A stretch of DNA of 64,000 nucleotides, from contig OZ249446.1 in the NCBI GenBank assembly GCA_965235115.1, positions 8,680,001 through 8,744,000 on the forward strand, given 5' to 3'. Made by a program: the position numbers and the translations under genes. Each line of letters starts with the position of its first letter. The first letter of the stretch is position 1. Origin of the DNA: Laetmonice hystrix. Taxonomy: Eukaryota. The notes beneath the pieces are model-generated. The model saw only the letters and a program-made list of their open reading frames with translations, had not been told where the DNA came from and did no database searches. Below, in pieces: positions 26,478 through 38,980 of the stretch.

Positions 26478-27757
26478 CAGCCAAGATCTGCGCAAGCGCC
26501 CCAAGCCCCGGGAGGTCGGCACAATTTAAACTCAATCCCTGCAAACCAACACCAACAACAGTTAGACATTGCTGGCTACAAGCAGATCTATACTACTGAC
26601 TACCACATCCAAGCGGTCATTAGAACCTTTCTATAAGTCCAGCCGTGTCATGGAGCCTGAATACAGAGGGCGCTGTGACCAGGGGGGTTGGGGCGGAGGT
26701 GAATGCTGACTATCACATTATAATCCCACGGTTGATGGGGACTATGACCCTCTTTAGGCAAGAACGACAGCGGGGGGTAAAAGAAATCAATGCCAACAGC
26801 GACAAGATTGCCATCATGCTAGCCTTGCTGAAGGCGGAGAAAATATCGTCGCTATCATCACGGAGGTCTGTCTGTATTCTTAGTTACGGCCATGTACTTA
26901 CACCGCTAGTGTTTCCATCTACTTGGTGCCTCAGCTTTACGATAACATCCACCAATGCAGAAAATTGTCGATGATCACTTGGGCTGATAGGGTACCGGTA
27001 GCTGATGACAAGTAAATCAAAGGGTACCAAGAGCACTACAAGATCCTTGTAACACAGCAAGGTCGTTATGAATAACGTGATCAGGTAAGAGTTAACAGGT
27101 ATGGCGGTTTCAACCCATCTGCCTGTCATTGTTATACCTGCTCAAGTTTCCTTGCATCAAACACAAGCTGAGGCGTCTCCACCATGTACAGGTGACACAG
27201 GGGTGTCATAAAACTGTCTCCCCAGCCTAGTGGGACCCGCTTGTCTTCCCCCGGGCTCCACTGGGGCACACCCCGAGTGCCAACCCTCCACCCGCCCCCA
27301 GCCCACCCCCACCCGCCCCCAACCCACCCGCCGCCGGCCCCAAAAACCATTAAGGAATCTATAAAAAGCGCCTTCATTGTGGCTCGATCCTGTCAATGTC
27401 ATGAGCCCTCTAAGGCCGTGTGTCCCCCTCCCCGCCGGCTCCGAGCCCCAACAATCCCCGACCCCTCAGGGTCATACCTAAACCCCCGTCCCTCCACACC
27501 CCGGCACCCTCAGAGGTGGGATCGGGCCACCACCATCCCCTACACCCATCACAGACAACATTCGCTACCATTATACCACACCTGGCAATATTATCCACAA
27601 TACATATCGTGTGTCAGCGACTTCCATGTCAGCAGTCTCTCAGTGGTTGACAGGGGGCGTTCACAGTAACACGACATGATCCATCATTCGCTCCAGGATC
27701 TTAGAACGTGAATTAAAGCCACCAAAATTAGACAACTCGACCTTGCCATCTGTCTTT

Positions 27758-27760
<3 letters not shown>

Positions 27761-27793
<33 letters not shown>

Positions 27794-27804
27794 ACATCTT
27801 TATT
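27761..27804 (-). mobile_element. Poly(A) tail (31 nt) with AATAAA 7 nt upstream: 3' end of a retroposed (LINE/SINE-like) insertion
   Basis: The minus strand reads ...CCTGAATAAAGATGTGC-A31. I could not delimit the element body or a TSD. Confidence 0.5.
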
Positions 27805-28519
27805 CAGGAAATATGTGTTCACAACACGGTCTGATGACCGAAGTTAAAGTTGTGTCCTGATAAGTTCAATTTACTAACAACCTTTAATGAAATGGAAATG
27901 CGTGGAGAATATGAAAATGGAATGGAGTATTAGTGGGCTATATGAATGGAGCGAGACTACAACTGTATCCCCTATCACCCTACCATTTACAAACTTGAGT
28001 GAATCTGACATAATCAAGTTGGGACCGATCCGCATGCATGGCGGACCAAACTGAAAAGTGAAAAAGGTCCTTCAAACGTCTTTTGGCAAACAAGTGATCT
28101 TTCAATTTTGACCTTTACACACTGCAGAATTTTGTCAGACTGAAAGAAAATCTAATCAAATACCAATTATGGCATTAAAAAGGAAACCGACGCGATATTA
28201 ATTAACACTTTGAGTCGGTGCCCGCCTGTTGTCATTGCGCTCCTCACTGGGATCAGAGAACTGGTAAATGTTTTCATTAAGTCTCATTAACGGTTACGTA
28301 AGTGGCTTTCATGTTGGGTGCGCGTTGTTCGTGTCAGTTAGTCTGGAGGTTAGGGATCGATGGGTGGGTGGGTGGGTGGGTGGGGGTCGGGCCCTGTCAG
28401 CCTGACTCACACACAGCAGACTGGTCTTTCACTCACAGCTATTGTCTGCCTCGATCAGTGGCGGCGCCCCATTGTCTCCACCTCTGGTGAGTGACGGGAG
28501 AGGTACGTACCAGGGGTAT

Positions 28520-28785
28520 ATATGCTGGCTATTGTGGCACAGGTGCTGTCTCACACACTGGGTTTTTCACATTCAATGTACTATTTCACACACTGAGCGG
28601 TGTGTCACACTCACTGGCCATGAATTTCTTACATACTGGGTATGGTGTCACATACAAGGTGCTATCTCACACACAGTGTTATATCACAGGCAAGGGATGC
28701 CTTAGCACTGGGTATAACACTGGGTATGGCGTCACAATACTGGGTGTTCTGTTCCACAGAGACAAGGAACTGACTCACACTGGGA
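28520..28785. repeat. Degenerate tandem repeat (CACACACTGGGTATGGTGTCACA-like modules)
   Basis: Recurring ACACTGGGT..GG.GTCACA / TCTCACACAC motifs with irregular spacing. Confidence 0.6.
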
Positions 28786-29947
28786 CTCAAAGACCAGTCA
28801 TTCTGTTTGCCAAATCCATTAATATTCTGACTGGTCTATGGGACGTTTATTACTCTCAAACAACGTCCAATCAGTCAGGTGACCATTTGAACAACTAGAG
28901 CATGTGTTGATTAACAAGCATGTTGACACAGCCGCTAACTGAGGTGACTGACCTCACCTGGCGGGGACTACTCCCTGACCGCCCCCACCCTCCCATTCCC
29001 ACTCACAGTAAATCAATCTCATGAAATCATGCGATCATTAATCACACAAACCAAGCACGAGGACTGCCTTACTGCCTGACCCACCTGTCCAGACCGCATA
29101 CCTTGGGTACTAAATTACTCTACGACATGATGACCACAGAGTTGTGGTCGTGTGACCGATTACCCAGTACACACCAGGTCACCAGCTACTACCAACAACA
29201 TGGAGTCATGACCCCCATGTTGATCGTACACATCACACAGGACGAGCGGAAATCTAATTTAAGGCACAAAGTCAGGGAGCTGCTATCATTGATCAGATCC
29301 AGGTACTCAGCCACACCTAGGCTTGGAAAGTAACCTGATTCTAATCAAACCATGAGGGGTATCAGCATCCTTATGATCAGTATTTATAAAAAATCATATT
29401 GGTAGGCCTACTGAAAACAAATTGGATCACCGATCAGTATGAAGATGATTTGTATCAGTACCAAAAGATCAGTGTCAAAAGACAACCTCTTTAAGTACCA
29501 AATACCACCTGTTGAAGTATCAAAAGTCAACTTGCATCAGTATCAAAATTCCACCTGGATCAGTGTCAAAAATATAACCTGCACAAGTATCAAAGGAAGA
29601 CAGAGCATGAGTGTGAAATAGTGAAATCCTGGACGGTCGCGGGTGTATTTGTATAGTTATCACACAGTGAGACGGCCTGCGGTAGGGCGATCTCTGTCTG
29701 CCTACCCTAGATCCTGGCGCTCTCTTTCTCTTTCTCTCCATCTCTCTACCTCTCTCAACCTCATGTACCTGATGCTGAGACCTAAAAACAGTCCTCAGCA
29801 ATGACTGATACACGCTGGTTTACACACAGACCCTTCTATACGCAGACATGCCCCCAGTCTCCCCATTCTTTATCTGTCATTGAAAATTAAAGAGCCCAAG
29901 AAGAATTCATGTGTTGTTTGACGCCCTCTTTAATCATGTCGACTCAC

Positions 29948-31742
29948 CTGAATCCTCGGACAAGTTGATGGGATCTAGAGACTCGGCCGAGTCGGACTCA
30001 CTCGACTGACTCGACTCACTTGAGGACCGACTTTTCACCGACTCGTCAATCATATCTGAGCTGCTCTCCAGGGTAAGACCCTGACCACTGACGGCATGTA
30101 GCACGTAATCCTCTGACCCGTTCATGAACGTAATCTCCGTCTCCAGTCCTCCTGCAGGCTCCAAATGTATATTTTCTACCGAATTCCCCCCACATGGCGG
30201 CGGGGCAATTACCTCAAGTTGACCACGTCGTAATTCACCGGATTGGTTTCCGCTATTGCAGGTCATAGACTGTGGGGGAGGACTAGACTTATACGTGAGA
30301 GGTTCCCTGAAGCCATTCTGGCAAGGGGTTAGGTTGTTATCAGAGGCATGTTGGCAGGGTTGGGAATATTGAACGATATCACTGCTACGAGCTGCCATCG
30401 AGATCTGGCTGTCCCCATGCTGATAAGCAGATGACTGACCACGGAGACCATTACACCTTCCTGGCTCTCTCGTCCTCTGGGACAATGCCTTCTCAGTCAG
30501 GGACACAATTGCTTTTTGTGCTGCTTTTAATTCGGCAAGGAAGCGGCGGCCCATTTCCCTGCTGTACTTTGGGGGTTGGTCTGGCAGGGCTGATGCTGTT
30601 GGCGGTCTTGCCTCTCGGCAGGGACAAGACATGGGACATGGGTCTGGTTGTTGTAGTTGGGACTGTTCACCGTCAGAGGACCATGAGCTAGGGTATGTCC
30701 AGTTATTTGGGACACTGATGCGGTGAGTTGCGGGGTAGGACCTCATTAATCGGATCCTATTTAGGGGGGTGGGTGCCAGCCAGGCGTTACCTGGTACATC
30801 AATCAAACCCGTCAATTCGCCCTGGTCCGGACCCGTGTGGCTGTGTCGGACACCGCGGGCAACAGTCGGTGTGGAGCTAATTGGACCCCCAGCCTGAAGC
30901 TGGGACCACATTGCCTGGTTCATCATCAGGGTGGTGCCAGCGGTGCTGCTGGTTGTGGTGGTGGTGGCTATGGTGGTGCTCATTTCAGTGTTACCATGGT
31001 GAGGAACACCTGCCTGGCTGTGCATCATTCTCATTACCGTGTCCCTAGATACGACAGACTGAGGTCTGCTGTCAATGGGATGTCTCCTGTATCTGACAGC
31101 AGCCCTGCCCACCCGCCCCCCTCCACACTCAGCCTCCTCACCTAACACCTGAGCTCGGGGCACTCCTGCCATCAACTGGTGCCGATTGTACACTGTCTGC
31201 CGGAGAAACTCACACGCTGGACACTCGAGCGGACCCTGCTCGCCCGGGTTGTAACAAGTTGACCTTTGTTTTACCTGCTCCGGTCGCTCTGCCTGCTCGT
31301 ACTGGACCGCCGGGCCTGGGGCAGGGTCCGTCCCACATGTCTGTCTGTAAGCATTAAACTGACCCGTCACAGCATGAGGGTGGGGGTGACCGTCGCTGTG
31401 ACCACACCGACCGTACGTTCGGTCACACTGACACGGTGACGGTTGGTCGTCATCGTTACCGTAACAACGCTGACATTCGTAATAGTCATTACGATATTCT
31501 TCCTCCCTGGGACAGCGCCTGTGAGAGTCGTGCTGCGGTTGGTGATGATTTTGTTGTTGTTGCTGTTGTTGTTGCTGCTGCTGCTGCTGCAGTTGACAAG
31601 AGCAGGCTCCAGCTGCACACCTGGCCTGGTCCGTAGCTCCAGACTCCGGCAGTTGCTGCTCCTTGTACCGAATGGTCATCACGCAGTCAGGCAGGCTGTA
31701 GACGCCGATGTCGTAGTTCGGGATGAACGCCTTCCCCTCCAT
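29948..31742 (-). CDS. Putative alternative first coding exon of the HECW gene: 598-aa low-complexity N-terminus (polyQ, Cys/His-rich patch, PPKY motif, Ser/Glu/Asp-rich end)
   Basis: 1795-nt stop-free stretch, by far the longest non-repeat ORF here. ATG at 31742 follows an in-frame TGA at 31748-31746. It ends at TCAG|GTGAGT in phase 1, which is the entry phase of the 14949 exon. Same strand as the host gene. Splicing to 14949 is inferred, not observed. Confidence 0.72.
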
Positions 31743-32100
31743 CTTTCACCCGTTGCGTCCTCCTCAGGACCACATCAGCCGACGGTGGATGATGTTGTAA
31801 GATCTGTCATTGTGGGAAACCACCTCATCCTACGTGCGTACGTCTGTACGGCCGGGTAGTTGACGGAGGCTGGCTGGCTGTGCGGCTGACTGCGGGCTGC
31901 ACGTCGTACCGCGTGAGAATGAGCCCCCTACCGGCTGGGCTGGCCTGGGCTGGGCTGGCTGCCTCGCTCTCCCTCCCTCTCTCACACACACACGGCCAAT
32001 GTAACATGCACCACCGCTCCGCTAGCCCGCCACCACCGCCACCGCTGCCGCCGCCACCGCCGCAGCGAGCCAAACTGCCACCGCCAGCCTCGACGAACTA
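31743..32100 (-). promoter_or_regulatory. GC/CpG-rich leader or internal promoter region of the putative alternative first exon
   Basis: (GGC/GGT)n tract, (GT)n/(GA)n runs, CCAGC repeats and high CpG density directly upstream of ATG 31742. No good phase-1 acceptor found at the start of the ORF. Confidence 0.5.
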
Positions 32101-33619
32101 CTTTGTGGAAGGTTACATGACGTGAAAAGCACTGTCACCAACTGCTTGCCACTGACATTACAAGTTCTCAGGCTATCGTGGCGGCAACTATCGAGGCAGA
32201 TTGCCGGATTCAGTCTGAGCTGCTATGGTTACCCTTAGAAAAAACCTCCCAGGTGAATCCTGGCGCTAAGTTGTTACCTTGGCAACCAACATCCTGGTGC
32301 ATTGTAGTGTAACAAAGCCGGGAGCGTGGGCCCCTGATGTTGTCTTAGATAATAGACTCTACATGACACTATATGGATCCACCAGCCTTGGAAACGGACA
32401 CGGCCGGCAACAACTGCTGGCACAGTTTTTGTGTCCCTTTTATAATAAAGGGATTACAATGAATTAGATGCGGTCCCCTGGGGATGACAACCCTCCGAGT
32501 GACCAACCCGTGAGCTGTGAGGGTTAATCCTTCGGTGCTGCAGTTATGAGATAATCCATCACAATTGCCGCCCTAATCTACAGGTCAACACACAGTCCCA
32601 ACCAATCATGCACGTTAACAGTAACCATCTTCACACACCAGCCGTCACCAAAGTGGTAGCGACCTAAGCTCACCGCCAGATCTTCCGTTTCCATGGCAAC
32701 ACATAAAGCCTTGAGACGTCTTTCAATTGCGTGTTGGCCGTTCAAGCCCCCATGTTGTGCCGTTTGTCGAGTACCCAGAAGGCAGTACGTCAACCATTGG
32801 AGACTGGTCGTCCTGGGGATCCAAGACAAGTGTTGCACAGTTGTCCTCTCTCATTAGGATGTAGGCGTCATGCCGTCTCTACAGCGACTTACTCCTGCCA
32901 CCAACGCCTCCCAACCACTACCGGACTTGTCGTTGTGACTCACGCCTTTACTCTGTTAACAGTGGCAGGCCTGGGTGGCTTGTGGCGGGTTGGGGGGTGG
33001 GGGGTGGGGGTTGGTGCAGACGACACGTTTACCCTCCGGTTGGTGTGCTCTGTGTACAACATTTCCTCTGTGTGGTAAACCCCTCCCCACTGCTATTTCC
33101 TGGTTCTCTCATGTTCAACACAAACCACTTTAGCCTCTGACACCGTCTCAGACGTTTTTCTTTGTTATTCTTTTTTTTTACTGTTTTAGAGTTCGTACGT
33201 GTACAGTACGTGTTGCCAGTGGAAGGTTAGTGAAGGTTTACACTCATTTACCACATTTGGCCCTGGGTGGGTGATCATTGTGGGTTCGACCTGAGATGGG
33301 GCTGTGATAAGGTACCTAAGGACTCACGCCGCAGATGACAATACCTCAAGGCACTCCCCTCAGAACAGGCTAGTGCCTGCGGGTAAAACCTCGCCCAGAC
33401 ACAAACTTTTGAAGTACCTTTTATATAGGTCTATATCATAGTGCTTCACTCTATGTCCTTGCTGTGTTTAATATTCATTGATTATTGGAAGTTATCATAA
33501 CATCATGATGAACGACCTTGTTACATTTCATGACAACCACACCACAAAATATCAATACTCGAGCGGTGTGTCTTCTCTTGGGGACGAGATGCAAAACTTC
33601 ATTGGTAGTAGTTTTTTTT

Positions 33620-34640
33620 AGCTGTGTACTCAGCCGCTGCGACCTTCATTGGCAATCTTCGGCTGTGTATTAAGTCGCTGTCAGTCTTCATTGGCAGTCT
33701 TTAGCTGTGTATTCAGCCGCTGTCAGTCTTTATTGGCAGTCTTTAACTGTGTATTCAGCCGTTCTCAGTCTTCAGCCGTGTACTCCATTGACCTTCATTG
33801 GCGGATGGCAAAGCTGTACAAGATGCCGAGAAAGCAACCTTCATTGGTCCTTTATCGGCAGTTTGTCGATCGAGGAATGCTGCCAATAGATGTCACCTTT
33901 CCCTAAGAGAAGCGCAGCTGTCTCACCAAGCTCGTCCGATTGCAGTCTGTAGAGCTTTGTCTGCTGTCTGAAGATCCGTAGGATTGTCTATATTCTGCCA
34001 TCACAACACCTTCCACCTGCCGTTCGGGTCTGTATCTGTGTCTGGTCGGGATGACGATTGTTGCTGCCACCATGAGCCGACCATCTCCTTACCACCGTGT
34101 CAATAGCAGGTCGATGGTGGCCACCTGCTGCTGTGACCTCTCTCTCTCTCCCCCTCCTCCTCTCTCTCCTCCTCCTCCTCCTCGCCCCCAGACGTCCTGT
34201 GATCACCATGCCAACCCAAGACGTTCCGATCTCCCACGTCACGCCCCTCCGCCGTGTCCAAACTGCCGATACTTCCACCAATAAGTCACCGCCAACGGAA
34301 CAAATCCCTATACATAAATCTTAGTGATAAACTGTTTGACCACATGGCACGTCCAACTGTGACGGCCCTGTTCAGTGATGCTCCCATGTATCCCGACGCT
34401 TGCTCTAACACTGTATGCCCCAAGGTCAATCACAGAGTCATCCTTGATGTCATACTGTCTCAGTCACATTCGAGTAATTCCCTACCGATATCCTTTGGTA
34501 GTTGTATGTTTATATCCCATTTTAACCAATCCCAATCTCCAAGCTGTGCCTTTCATAAAAGCCGATATCAAACACCCAATCAATGGTGATCACCGGCTGA
34601 GCTCGACCTCACAGAGATTCCACTGGGTAGCTATACATTT
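33620..34640 (-). pseudogene. Possible decayed coding block: ubiquitin-like segment (34638-34422) followed by heptad/14-aa coiled-coil-like repeats (42-bp units, 33620-33790)
   Basis: By-eye resemblance only (NGI*TYNYQRISVG...LRQYDIKDDSVIDL vs ubiquitin EGIPPDQQRLIFAG...LSDYNIQKESTLHL; RLNTQLKTANED*Q repeats). Needs stops and frameshifts; could be a transposon relic. Confidence 0.25.
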
Positions 34641-35168
34641 CCTCTTTCAGGACACTCCGAATGTTAATTGGTTCAAGCCTGATGTCCGCGCGTCGTGAAA
34701 AATGGAGTTCTTCTACCCTTAAAATAGCACTGTATTTTGGATCAAGTAAGCGTGGGTTGTGGAGAGTATAGGACGCTGGGTTACCTGTACAAGGTGGATT
34801 GAATGATTGCCAGTCACCGACACCGCCGGTTGATCCCCTGAGCTTATCTTTGAATGATCCACCCATCAGGGCTGAGTACATCAAGCTTCATAACTCTTGA
34901 CACTGGACTGATCCAGTCGACTGTCCGACAGGAGAGAGTGTGGCTCTTGCCAAGAGTCAATTGCTGAGAGAGCGGGAAAGACTTTGATCCTTTCGGATTA
35001 AGGGGTGGCTTGGCAGGTTGGGACGCAGAGTGTGTACTGGTGGGTGTTTTAACACTGGTGGTCCCTACTCCAGCCAAGTCACGTACAGCCGCGCGTTGGA
35101 TGTCCTCGTATTAGGTTGCCCAGAGTCACGTCTCTAAAGGACCTGGCATTACCGAAGTCATGGCTTTA

Positions 35169-35468
35169 CTGGATCCTGTTCCATTCAGGGTCACGCCTCC
35201 TGTCCTTATTCTGGGACACTGGATCCTGCTCCATCCTGAGTTACGCCTCCTGTCCTTATTCTGGGACACTGGATCCTGGCCATCCTGAGTCACGCCTCCT
35301 GTCCTTATTCTGGGACACTGGATCCTGCTCCATCCTGAGTCACGCCTCCTGTCCTTATTCTGGGACACTGGATCCTGCTCCATCCTGAGTCACGCCTCCT
35401 GTCCTTATTCTGGGACACTGGATACTGCTCCATCCTGAGTCACGCCTCCTGTCCTTATTCTGGGACAC
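35169..35468. repeat. Minisatellite, 50-bp unit, 6 copies; 4 copies contain TGAGTCA
   Basis: CTGGATCCTGCTCCATCCTGAGTCACGCCTCCTGTCCTTATTCTGGGACA at a 50-nt period. Confidence 0.96.
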
Positions 35469-38400
35469 CAAGAGTTCCCTTTCTGGTGTGCATGTCCTGG
35501 GGTCCTGGAACCCCCCTCCCCTCCTCTTTCTGGGCCCTGGGACTCCCCCTTCTGTGTGTCCTGTAAGTCCATCCCCTCTGCCCCGAGACACCCCCCTCCT
35601 ACGTGTGGGAACCCCTCCTCCTGTATCCTGGGAGTCCAACCTCCTGTATGTCCCGGTCCCTGTGTCTCTTGCCATGTGTTGACCCGGCTATCCGGCCGTA
35701 TAACACCCCCCGGGATCGGTTGAACGGTTCATACAACCGCTCACACGACTTCATAAAAGTCAGCAACTCTAAATAAGCCATGCAAGCATTCTGCCGCGTC
35801 TCCAGCGCTGCCCCCCTCCTCCCCCTCCCCAACACACGCCAAGGGATGCCCCATGCCACCTGCCCACCCCCAGCCTCAAAACGCCCCCTGCCCCTCCCCC
35901 AGGGCAATCACCCCCATTGTCCTCACCAGTTGTACGCCCCATCCGTGTCCATTGTTTGTGGTAGACTGGGAGCGACCCTGACTGAAGGCAGTCCACACGC
36001 CACCAACCTCACCAGTAAATGATTGCCCAGTACAGCAAGGCCACGTGGTAAACACACACAGCTTTCTAATATCTCTTCCATGTAACAGTCTATTTGAATA
36101 ATCATTAAAACGGACCGAGTATTTCTAACGTGCACGCCATCATGTTTGCAAACTCTATGGATACAGTGTACTTTTTCTCCCAACGCTCTGCTATGTTAAT
36201 ATTCTCATTCAAACATTGGTAACATTCTGTGACAAATCAAACGAACGAGCATCCTCCATTCCCACTTGATGACTTTCGTCTCCCTAGAGTCTCCTGCTGC
36301 ATGAGTTCATACTCAACATCTAGGAGTCTCCTTAACCTCCCCATCGGCAGCAGGCTATGGAGTGGACTCCCTCCTTCCCTCTGGGACTCCCCGCTTGTTT
36401 TAAAAAAACATCTCCTATAGAGCATATCTGCTGACACAGACCACAGCCTGGCGTTGGTGATTTAAGTAAAAACTCTGAGATGGTGGACTTGACCACAGAC
36501 GGGACGATACAAGATGGCAAGGACATTGGGTCATCTCCTGCTGGCTATAACGTCCAGCAGCACTCTCCTGATTCCGGCCGCACGTTTACATCCGGTCCGT
36601 ACCAATATACCGATTATAAGCAGCAGATACTGAGTTATCCATCTAATGATGGGTTAGTGCAGTACTTATAGCATACGGACAAAAGCACAGTACGATTTTT
36701 GTCTCTTACGACTATCTGGAATTCATCTTTGATCATTGATGATCAAATAGCCGTATAAAAATAAGTAGCAATCTGTTTCAACAACAGCTGTATTTTAGCC
36801 TGTCCTGGCACCGCGACAGAGAACAGACCCCTCCTCCCTCTCTCTCTGGCAATAGTACCAGGCCTCAGTCCACCACCATACACTCCCGATCCGTCCTTAC
36901 TGAAACCCGTACGTACATACTGGAGCCGGAGTCAAACCGGACCAGTGACGCCATACTGAGACCGACTGCCGTCCCCCACTCGACTCGAAGCCTCCTCACA
37001 ATGAGCGGGGACCGTCTCATTACTTAATCATTTACTTCCTCCTCCTCTGGGACTATTCACTCCACCGCATCGCAAACCTGAGCAAACGCAATACCACATG
37101 TCGATTTCAATATTCACAAATCAAGCCTCCCGCTCGCAATTACCGTTCCGACATTTCAGAAAAACTGTGATTCCAGCCACTGATTTAAAACGCCTCTATC
37201 TAATCAATGTGAACCGATTCGGTGGCTGTTACTGTGATTGTATACCTGTAGCTTCCCCCACCCGACGTTTTCATTTCGTCCTCCTCAAGTCGACGTCTAC
37301 ATGTATTATACAGCGCTGGGACAGGGCGATTGCTCAGGTTACTGAGGAAGGAAGACGAGTGTGCGAGAAGTGTAATTCCCCGTCGAAGCACGTACACGTA
37401 CATAGTTGATCTACCTAGTTCATAGCCATGTTATTTTTGCAATCAAGCAGTCCTAAAACCTCTATCATTGTCGTTATCCCATAATTCTGCCCATATCTTT
37501 CCATGTCGTTGCTTCTAGCAAGAATCTAATACAATCAGAGTGCAATATGACTTTTAAAAATAACCGTCAACGGGGAATCATAACACGACTTGATTCCAGA
37601 TTATTAAAATTTATTGACGGTTACATAAATACGCCGACGTCATGACATGGTATACCGTATAATTCAGTAAGTCGTTGGTCGTCCGCTTCCAGCCCTGTCC
37701 CCCGATCCTATTCAGACAATATAATATTGATAACCCTCCAGCCCTTATACTCCACCGTATCTAGTAGTTAAAGCTCAGCCGCCTAGATACAGCACCGCTA
37801 ACGCTAGGAGACACGTTAATGGTGCTATCTTGTCGTCAGCGTCTCTACCAGGAAAACCACGTCCCCTGGAGAGACAAGGTGTCTACATATTCCCCATCAC
37901 ACATCAAAGAGATCTGCTGAAGATCTCCGATGATCCAGCAACGCGTCATCAGCAGCCGTGGAGAGCTGCTCCAGGACGTGTAGTTATTCAAGAACAACTA
38001 ATAAACAAAGGGAATTTATTCATCTGTTTTCTGGCTAAGTGACCACGGCAATCTGCACGACAACAAAGAGATACATTATCGTTCACTTTCTCAATGTGCT
38101 ATACATGCCGTCACTTCAGGCCATATCCACTGATTCTTCTCTCCCTCAGCTGGTCTTCTATGGTTACCAAACCATGCACCACTAATTTCCTGTAACATAA
38201 AGAAGAGGCAGGGAGCCGCCTGACTGGCTGGCGGTCTGGTATAAGGGGCAGTCCGGTGGATGGCCACTGTAAGATAACGTCTAGGATCAATCATAATGCT
38301 GTGGGTCCTTCAACATCAAGCCCAGCTATATCAAAACAGAAGAAAGAAGTAGTCTGGAAAGTATAATGCAGTAAATTACCTTTTCCTCACTTATCCATGA

Positions 38401-38980
38401 TAGGCCATTGCTAGTGATTTTCATAACTTCCGTGCTGCATCATGATGCATTGGTTCAATGTTATAAAGAAACTGTCCCTGGCCCCAAAGGTTTTTTTATA
38501 ATCATATAGTGAATCCTGCAAGATGATTGATGTACTCGCCTTCATAACGTGATCACTGATGCAAGAATTTCGATACGGTTCGCAGATTGAGTGTCAAAAA
38601 CTAGTATAACAAATCGCCCCCCCCCCTGAATCCCACCACCTCTGTCATTGCAACTGGTATCGAGGCATCTTTGTCCGTAACAAAGCAGAGGGTTTGCACG
38701 ACTGTAACTAGTTTATAGTCTGTCAAATACCACGGAGTCAATAACAGGATCGTTGGTTTGCAAGAACAGTCTAAAAGATATCACGTATGGTCGATCCGTT
38801 TTTTTCTGGCCCCACTTTCTCTTCAAGGGTCCGTATGATTGGAAATGCTTTCTTTCTATCATATAATTAGGTTACCCTAAAACCTGCCTGACAGCACAAG
38901 AAAGGTTGTTAGAGACAAATCGTCACAGGAATAATACAAGGTTGCTAGTGACAGTTTGTGTTTCTCTAAAGTGTGCGTCT

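Noticed and set aside
31443-31859. Plus-strand ORFs antisense to the large exon (138 aa with poly-Leu, and others at 30431-31145)
   Set aside because: Shadow frames of a GC-rich coding exon; the poly-Leu is the reverse complement of the polyQ CAG/CAA tract.
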